DNA of 64,000 nucleotides, taken from Burkholderiales bacterium RIFCSPHIGHO2_01_FULL_63_240 (lineage in GTDB: Bacteria; Pseudomonadota; Gammaproteobacteria; Burkholderiales; Burkholderiaceae_C). The position numbers and the translations under genes were made by a program. A model generated the notes under the pieces. The model was not told the origin of the DNA. It saw nothing but the letters and a program-made list of their open reading frames with translations, and ran no database searches. Shown piece after piece: positions 8,863-13,426 of this stretch. The stretch spans positions 108,924 through 172,923 of the forward strand of contig MERU01000007.1 of NCBI GenBank assembly GCA_001770725.1. Direction: 5' to 3'. Positions within the stretch are counted from its first letter, which is position 1, and each line of letters starts with the position of its first letter.

Positions 8863-10005
8863 CTAGGCCTTGAGCTTGACCAAGCCATTGAGGACCTGAT
8901 CCAGACCTCCGAACACGGAGATCTTGTCGATGCGCTCGGCAACACGCTCCAGCGTCTCCAGCTCCTTCATGCGCAAAGCGACAGGGTTGCCCTCCATCAC
9001 CTTGGCGGTGTTGAGCAAGGAACGCGTGGCAGCGGTTTCCTCACGGCGACGGATCACGTTGGCCTGAGCAGCCTTTTCGGCTTCAACGACTTGCGCCAGG
9101 ATGGTCTTCATCTCGCCGGGCAGTACGATGTCCTTCACGCCGGCTGTTTCCAGATCGATGCCATAAGCCACCAAGCGTGCCTTGACGTGTGCCATCACGA
9201 CCTCATCGATCACGGTCTTGTTCTCCAGCAGCTCATCGAGCGTGCGCGTACCCACGGCCGATCGCAAACCGAACTGCAGCTCACGGTACAGGTGTTCCGC
9301 GGGCTTTTGCAGCTGCGTGTAGGCCTTGAGTACATCGGTGAAGCGCCACGATGCCGACAGGTTCAGGCGCAGGCCGACCTTGTCCTTGGTGAGGATGTCC
9401 TGGCCGGACACCTCCACCACCTGCAGACGCAAGTCCACCAGCTCGACCGAAACGTTGCGGTTGTACTTCCAGAAGCCGTAAGAGCCCGGCTTCAGAAGCG
9501 AGTCCACCTTGCCGTCGACATGCAGCACGCCCACGCCGTACTCGGGCACCTGCACGGTCAGCACACCAATCAGACCAGCGACCTGGCGTTGACGCATCTG
9601 CGTCTGCGTCAGGCGCGCCACCAGTTCAGCAGGAAGCTCGGCGTGGTTGCTGATGTCCAGCACATCAACCTTGACCTCGTGCAGGCCCTTCCAGTACAGA
9701 CGGCGCGTGGTGGGCGCCAGCAACTCAACCAGTACACCGTTCTCATAGCGCAAGCCCACCTCGGTTTCCTTGAGGTCGACGCGCACGAACTCGGCTTCCA
9801 CCACAGCAGGCTCCTTGGCCATCAAATAGTCGGCCAGGCCGTGCGCGAAGGCGGACTGCTCCAGCGAGAATGTCTCGACACGCACATCGCTCAGTGCCGT
9901 GGCCAGCCAGTGACGGCCAGGCTGCAGCACGCGCTCGAAGTCGCCATTGCGCAGCAGCAGGCCACGCTCGTTCTTTTTGACAGTGAAACGTTTGAATCCC
10001 AACAT
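8863..10005 (-). CDS. SPFH/band-7 (slipin-like) protein with a ~200-aa N-terminal extension
   Basis: Start MLGFKRF at 10005 preceded by AAGGAGAAG. The C-terminal half carries an SPFH core and a coiled region (VVEAEKAAQANVIRRREETAATR...NPVALRMKELETLERVA). Confidence 0.8.
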   Translation of the reverse strand: MLGFKRFTVKKNERGLLLRNGDFERVLQPGRHWLATALSDVRVETFSLEQSAFAHGLADYLMAKEPAVVEAEFVRVDLKETEVGLRYENGVLVELLAPTTRRLYWKGLHEVKVDVLDISNHAELPAELVARLTQTQMRQRQVAGLIGVLTVQVPEYGVGVLHVDGKVDSLLKPGSYGFWKYNRNVSVELVDLRLQVVEVSGQDILTKDKVGLRLNLSASWRFTDVLKAYTQLQKPAEHLYRELQFGLRSAVGTRTLDELLENKTVIDEVVMAHVKARLVAYGIDLETAGVKDIVLPGEMKTILAQVVEAEKAAQANVIRRREETAATRSLLNTAKVMEGNPVALRMKELETLERVAERIDKISVFGGLDQVLNGLVKLKA

Positions 10006-10240
10006 GGGCTTCTCCTTCTTGTTTGTATGAGGGTGCCGATACAGCACTGGCTGCGGACAAGGAAGGCCTTGGCTCAGGCATGGCGGATTCGCGGTGTGTC
10101 TTCCTCCCAGATCGACACGTCGCTTGGCCACCTGCGCGAGCCACGCGTTTTCCTTGCACAAGCCACCAGCGCTGACAGATGGCAAGCCATCTGCGTTCGG
10201 CGGAGGTCTTTCGACCGGCTTTTTGGCAACCTTCGCAGGG

Positions 10241-10314
10241 TTGTTGGTACGGGAATCGAACCCGTGACAGACGCATTACAAGTGCGTTGCTCTACCCGAC
10301 TGAGCTAACCAATG
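10241..10314 (-). tRNA. tRNA-Thr(UGU)-like, with non-pairing 1:72 and 2:71
   Basis: Hand fold: D arm GCTC/GAGC, anticodon arm ACGCA-CTTGTAA-TGCGT, T arm ACGGG-TTCGATT-CCCGT. Acceptor CATTGGT/ACCAACA pairs at only 5 of 7 positions. No encoded CCA. Confidence 0.6.
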
Positions 10315-10516
10315 GGTGGCTGCTTGGGAATCGAACCCATCACCGTTGCCGGCGCTGACCACAGACAGCCCAATCAACCGTTTCCAACAGACGCGGCATG
10401 CACCGTGACAACAGGCTTGAACCTGGCCACAGCGCACCGGCGGGGCGGGCTTTCACCCAAACCCCTGACCTGTGAGCGCCCGCCTTTCACGGCAGACTCT
10501 TTGGCGCTTGAACCTC
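10313..10516 (-). ncRNA. Structured non-coding segment ending in a tRNA-like 3' module (T-arm + acceptor strand + CCA)
   Basis: 3' end reads ATGGG-TTCGATT-CCCAA-GCAGCCA-C-CCA (10313-10340). Internal T-arm-like hairpin CAGG-TTCAAG-CCTG (10412-10425). Two GTGAAAG hairpins. No local 5' tRNA half; the only complement (GTGGCTG) is at 10553-10559, inside the HNH 3' end. Confidence 0.3.
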
Positions 10517-11092
10517 TCAGTTCAAGCGCGATCCTTTTGGCAGGCGCGAAGCCAGCCACTCGTGTACATCGGCCCGGATGTGCCTGCCTTGCAGCAGGAA
10601 GTCTTCGAATCGACTGGGCACATAGGGCAGGTACAGCAATGGCATGCGGGCTTCCTCTGGCGTGCGGTTGGCCTTGGCAGCATTGCAGCCAGGGCAGGCC
10701 GTCACCAGATTCATCCACGATGTGGCACCGCCCCGAGAGGCCGGCACGATGTGCTCGCATTGCAGTACGCCCTCAGAGAAGCGATCACCGCAGTAGGCAC
10801 AAACACACCGGTCACGCCGAAAGAGCTTCAACCTGTTCAGCGACGGCGCAACCTCAAACAGGTTGATGCGCGAAGCGCCGTTGAGCGCCATGATGGGGAA
10901 GATTTCCATCACGGACGGGCGACCCGTTCGGGCATTGACGCCGCCCCGCAGACGGCGCAGCGGTCCGTCGCCGTCGACCCATGCCACCGAGGCACTGGCC
11001 AGATGGATGGCGGCCTGTTCGACCGTGATCCAGGCTTGTGGCGTGCCTTGAATGTCCAGTTGCAGGACATGCGTTGAGGTACTCGGTGACAT
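10517..11092 (-). CDS. HNH endonuclease (McrA/COG1403-like, ~191 aa)
   Basis: Start MSPSTS at 11092 follows AAGGAGGG by 6-7 nt. HNH core CAYCGDRF...CEHIVPASRGG..WMNLVTACPGCNAAKANRTPEEA. Confidence 0.85.
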   Translation of the reverse strand: MSPSTSTHVLQLDIQGTPQAWITVEQAAIHLASASVAWVDGDGPLRRLRGGVNARTGRPSVMEIFPIMALNGASRINLFEVAPSLNRLKLFRRDRCVCAYCGDRFSEGVLQCEHIVPASRGGATSWMNLVTACPGCNAAKANRTPEEARMPLLYLPYVPSRFEDFLLQGRHIRADVHEWLASRLPKGSRLN

Positions 11093-11119
11093 GGGGAGCC
11101 CTCCTTTCATGGGCAGGTG

Positions 11120-11272
11120 TCAGTGCATGGTGTCGTTGGATCGGCGCAGCTCACGCTTGAGGCGTTGCCGCTCTTGCTTGTTGTTGGGTTGATGATTGCC
11201 TGCTTTGCGTTGCATGGCAGGGGCGACGAGTGGGTTCCTCGGCTTGGAGGTGCCCCGTTTGGGTGTTCTCAT
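11120..11272 (-). CDS. Hypothetical 50-aa highly basic peptide upstream of the HNH gene
   Basis: ATG at 11272 follows AAGGGA. Sequence MRTPKRGTSKPRNPLVAPAMQRKAGNHQPNNKQERQRLKRELRRSNDTMH. No homology recognised; could be non-coding. Confidence 0.3.
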   Translation of the reverse strand: MRTPKRGTSKPRNPLVAPAMQRKAGNHQPNNKQERQRLKRELRRSNDTMH

Positions 11273-11306
11273 GACAAGATCCCTTGCGAACGCGTGGCGG
11301 AACGAA

Positions 11307-11383
11307 TGGCGTCTCGTACGGGAATCGAACCCGTGTTCCGACATTGAAAGCGTCGTGTCCTAGGCCAGCTAGACGAACGAGAC
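11307..11383 (-). tRNA. tRNA-Glu(UUC), CCA encoded
   Basis: GTCTCGT-TC-GTCT-AGCTGGCCTA-GGAC-A-CGACG-CTTTCAA-TGTCG-GAAC-ACGGG-TTCGATT-CCCGT-ACGAGAC-G-CCA. Resembles bacterial tRNA-Glu (TTCGTCTAG...GGAC). Confidence 0.9.
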
Positions 11384-11433
11384 GTAGATGGCTGTGGCTT
11401 CAATCACGCCAGTAGTCATGGCGTTGGCTGCCG

Positions 11434-11642
11434 TCAAAAGCAGCCCGATGTCAGGCAACAGCGCTTGAAATGATTTGGTCGATCCGCAAGGGCATGGGTC
11501 GTTGCGTCCCAGCTTCTCGTGCAGGTACTTGTCACCATGCACGATGCGCTGACCACGCTTGACGCCTGTCTCAGACGGATAGCCCTTACGACGCTTGCTC
11601 GTGACCTCGAAAGCAAGCCTGTTCTTGGCGGTTGAATTTCAT
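11434..11642 (-). pseudogene. Small SEC-C-motif protein gene disrupted by two +1 frameshifts
   Basis: RBS AAGGAG plus ATG at 11642 opens an 18-codon frame. The next frame reads ...[55 protein letters not shown] third frame finishes [10 protein letters not shown]. Removing one A from an AAA run and one T from a TTT run restores a 68-aa ORF. Confidence 0.55.
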
Positions 11643-11725
11643 TTTTGACTCCTTGTTGAGTTGCCCCTGTGAACGGCCAGGTGCCTACCGGATGACAGCG
11701 ATATGCGATGCCCAATGCGCTTGGG

Positions 11726-11796
11726 GGTGACCGGCCGGAGTCGAACCGGCACCATCGGAATCACAAACCGAGGCTCTGCCATTGAGCTACGGCCAC
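11726..11796 (-). tRNA. tRNA-His(GUG)-like lacking the encoded G-1
   Basis: GTGGCCG-TA-GCTC-AATGGCA-GAGC-C-TCGGT-TTGTGAT-TCCGA-TGGT-GCCGG-TTCGACT-CCGGC-CGGTCAC-C. Nucleotide -1 is T. The trailer is CCCAA, with no exact CCA. Confidence 0.75.
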
Positions 11797-11826
11797 ACCC
11801 AAGCGCACTGGGCGTTGAAATGGTTG

Positions 11827-11899
11827 TCTCGGAGGACGGGTTCGAACCGCCGACCTGATGCTCCCAAAGCACCCGCGCTACCAACTGCGCTACACCGAG
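11827..11899 (-). tRNA. tRNA-Pro(UGG)
   Basis: CTCGGTG-TA-GCGC-AGTTGGTA-GCGC-G-GGTGC-TTTGGGA-GCATC-AGGTC-GGCGG-TTCGAAC-CCGTC-CTCCGAG-A. C1-G72 and A73 as in bacterial tRNA-Pro. One U-U mismatch at 6:67. No encoded CCA. Confidence 0.8.
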
Positions 11900-11906
11900 A
11901 AACAAC

Positions 11907-11984
11907 TGGCGCCTCCTGCACGACTCGAACGTGCGACCCCTGGCTTCGTAAACCAGTGCTCTGAATCCACTGAGCTAAGGAGGC
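11907..11984 (-). tRNA. tRNA-Arg(ACG), CCA encoded
   Basis: GCCTCCT-TA-GCTC-AGTGGATTCA-GAGC-A-CTGGT-TTACGAA-GCCAG-GGGTC-GCACG-TTCGAGT-CGTGC-AGGAGGC-G-CCA. Confidence 0.9.
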
Positions 11985-12002
11985 AAAGCTGCAGAAACTG
12001 AT

Positions 12003-12078
12003 TGGTGCCGCAGGAGGGATTCGAACTCTCGACGCCCGGCTCTTCAGGCCGGCGCTCTACCAACTGAGCTACCGCGGC
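12003..12078 (-). tRNA. tRNA-Phe(GAA) with G37, CCA encoded
   Basis: GCCGCGG-TA-GCTC-AGTTGGTA-GAGC-G-CCGGC-CTGAAGA-GCCGG-GCGTC-GAGAG-TTCGAAT-CCCTC-CTGCGGC-A-CCA. A-C mismatch at 52:62. Position 37 is G. Confidence 0.8.
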
Positions 12079-12092
12079 ATGGGAATAGGTTG

Positions 12093-12168
12093 TGGCGCTT
12101 CGTGCGGGAGTCGAACCCGCGGCTTCCGGCTAGACAGGCCGGCACTCTGGCCACTGAGTTAACGAAGC
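12093..12168 (-). tRNA. tRNA-Asp(GUC) with U37, CCA encoded
   Basis: GCTTCGT-TA-ACTC-AGTGGCCA-GAGT-G-CCGGC-CTGTCTA-GCCGG-AAGCC-GCGGG-TTCGACT-CCCGC-ACGAAGC-G-CCA. Anticodon stem is identical to the neighbouring tRNA-Phe. Confidence 0.8.
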
Positions 12169-12401
12169 AAGGTATCCACTTCGGCTGTGCCCAAGCGCGA
12201 GCACTCATGGACGGCAGTCCAGAGTCGATGTCTCGCTGCATGTGGATCCGGGCCCGGACCACACACATCCCTTGCCACCGACACCAGCGTTACGCGTGTG
12301 ACTCGGAGTGCAAGGACACACCCGAAGTGGAGCGAACGGCGAACCATTCGCTACTTGTGCGAAATGTCTGCTTGCGTGTAGGCAAGACATCTCGCGGCAA
12401 A

Positions 12402-12414
12402 TTGTTAAAGAGCG
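12402..12414 (-). promoter_or_regulatory. rrn-type boxA (NusB/NusE antitermination element) in the leader of the tRNA array
   Basis: The minus strand reads CGCTCTTTAACAATTT. The E. coli rrn boxA, as I recall it, is TGCTCTTTAACAATTT. Confidence 0.65.
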
Positions 12415-12429
12415 ACACCTGTGAGGTGC

Positions 12430-12447
12430 GGCGATCCGTTGATCGCC
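12430..12447 (-). promoter_or_regulatory. boxB-like hairpin just upstream of boxA
   Basis: Minus strand GGCGATC-AACG-GATCGCC is a perfect 7-bp stem, 15 nt 5' of boxA. The boxB-then-boxA order matches rrn leaders. Confidence 0.5.
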
Positions 12448-12480
12448 AGGGTGCGTAACGAGCACGCAGTGAAGGTGGTG

Positions 12481-12523
12481 AGGAAAAGCGAAGAGGCCCG
12501 GATCCTTTTGGAATCCGGGCCTC
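12481..12523 (-). terminator. Intrinsic terminator or attenuator between the 66-aa ORF and the boxB/boxA leader
   Basis: Minus strand GAGGCCCGGAT(T)CC-AAAA-GGATCCGGGCCTC is followed by TTCGCTTTTCCT. Confidence 0.55.
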
Positions 12524-12553
12524 TGCTTGAGAGAGCTAGGAGGGGCGTGCGCC

Positions 12554-12754
12554 TTACGCGTCAACGACTCCCTCACCCGGTTGCACCTGATCCTCATGTC
12601 CACGGATGTACGCATCCCGCTTGGCATGGGATGGTTCAAACTGGAACGCGATCAAGCACGGGCGGCTGCCATACAACATCGCGGCAGCCGCACGCACGAA
12701 CGCGCTCTGGCCCATGAGGGGCAGGCGGTTGGTGGTGTTCAGTCTGGATTTCAC
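12554..12754 (-). CDS. Hypothetical 66-aa protein, divergent from the HTH regulator (Cro-like position)
   Basis: GTG at 12754 lies 6 nt after AAAGGA, and the ORF is followed by the hairpin terminator. No family recognised. Confidence 0.4.
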   Translation of the reverse strand: MKSRLNTTNRLPLMGQSAFVRAAAAMLYGSRPCLIAFQFEPSHAKRDAYIRGHEDQVQPGEGVVDA

Positions 12755-12835
12755 GATGTGTCCTTTGAAAATCTGCGTCAGTTGTTTGGTTTGATCTAGC
12801 CAAGCTTCATCTCGAAACTTGACAATGGATGAAAT

Positions 12836-12852
12836 GGTAAAGACTCTTTACC
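12836..12852. promoter_or_regulatory. 17-bp perfect palindrome (candidate operator)
   Basis: GGTAAAGA-C-TCTTTACC, in the divergent intergenic region. Confidence 0.45.
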
Positions 12853-12883
12853 GAGCTGTCAACGCCCTGCGACAATGGTGCTA

Positions 12884-12900
12884 TTGCCAATTTGTGGCAA
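12884..12900. promoter_or_regulatory. Palindrome TTGCCA-N5-TGGCAA abutting the regulator ATG (candidate operator)
   Basis: TTGCCAATTTGTGGCAA, whose last A is the A of the ATG at 12900. GACAATGG also occurs twice, 50 bp apart (12821 and 12871). Confidence 0.4.
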
Positions 12901-13286
12901 TGCTCACACCAGCCATCTTGAACAACATCACCGTGACACGCCGGCGTAACGCGCTGGCGCTATTCCAAAGCTTTGCAGAAGAAGCCTTGGCTTCGGGCAC
13001 GCCTCCCAAAGGGCTGGAGCAATCGTTCGCGCAAAAGCTGGAAATTTCCCCCAGCATGTGGAGTCAGATCAAGTCGTCCAGGCCTATCGGCGACAAGATG
13101 GCCAGGCAGATTGAACAGCACTGCATCAAGCCACCTGGGTGGCTTGATGAAGAGAGGGAGAGCGTCGGTCTCACGCCAGCGGAGCAACAGTTCCTGGCAT
13201 TGGCCTTACAGGCGTGGCGGTCCACTAACACGGCTGGCCGCAAGGCATTGCGTGAGCACCTTAAGAGCAGCTTGGCCAAGACCTGA
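12900..13286 (+). CDS. Phage-repressor-like (Cro/CI, XRE-type) HTH regulator
   Basis: ...FAQKLEISPSMWSQIKSSRPIGDKMARQIEQHCIKPPGWLDE is a typical XRE HTH plus the GWLD tail. An alternative TTG start at 12819 would place two palindromes inside the coding sequence. Confidence 0.7.
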   Translation: MLTPAILNNITVTRRRNALALFQSFAEEALASGTPPKGLEQSFAQKLEISPSMWSQIKSSRPIGDKMARQIEQHCIKPPGWLDEERESVGLTPAEQQFLALALQAWRSTNTAGRKALREHLKSSLAKT

Positions 13287-13347
13287 CGGCCCACTCGGTG
13301 CAGACCTAAATGAATACAAAAGACCTTCAGCAACCTCCCTAGGCACC

Positions 13348-13375
13348 GGTTTTGAGACTTTGTTATCCGATTCCT
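13348..13375. repeat. Right terminal inverted repeat of the island
   Basis: GGTTTTGAGACTTTGTTATCCGATTCCT is the reverse complement of the 7141-7187 element, allowing one mismatch and one 20-nt indel. Confidence 0.6.
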
Positions 13376-13426
13376 CTTCGTGGAGGTGAAATGACGTGGG
13401 GGGCGTACCGCCGCAGCCAGCGTGGG

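Larger units (their letters stand above)
7141..13375. mobile_element. Putative horizontally acquired island (RtcB / SPFH / HNH / tRNA array / HTH regulator) bounded by imperfect inverted repeats
   Basis: AT-richer composition than both flanks (judged by eye). Inverted repeats sit exactly at both composition borders. It contains one decayed gene. No integrase or transposase was seen. Confidence 0.5.

Noticed and set aside
10006-10240. A sigma-54 promoter or RtcR-type control upstream of SPFH-rtcB.
   Set aside because: TGGC-containing strings are present, but none has the GG-N10-GC spacing of TGGCAC-N5-TTGC. No rtcR-like gene is in the window.
10504-10529. The perfect 10-bp hairpin at the HNH stop codon as a rho-independent terminator.
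   Set aside because: In the gene's orientation it is followed by CAAAGAG, with no U-tract. The U-rich side faces the strand that has no incoming gene. It is more likely an RNA processing or stability element.
10313-10559. tmRNA, a group I intron-containing tRNA, or a tRNA split by the HNH gene.
   Set aside because: There is no tmRNA-like 5' end, tag ORF or pseudoknots, and it is too short. I saw no group I core (P7/R-S-like) sequences. I found no matching 5' tRNA half (TGGCTGC...) upstream of the HNH gene at 11093-11306.
11434-11715. A 93-aa minus-strand ORF covering the SEC-C region.
   Set aside because: Only its last ~10 codons ([10 protein letters not shown]) make sense. The rest is the wrong frame of the frameshifted SEC-C gene, and its 5' end has no start signals.
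12044-12639. ORFs of 60-144 aa overlapping the tRNA genes and the boxA leader (12044-12268, 12090-12458, 12205-12639 and others).
   Set aside because: They run through tRNA genes and structured leader RNA, and they lack start signals and motifs.
12819-12899. A TTG start at 12819 for the HTH regulator (155-aa version).
   Set aside because: The extra 27 codons would contain both palindromic operator candidates and add no recognisable domain. The ATG at 12900 gives a normal-length XRE protein. The case is not settled.
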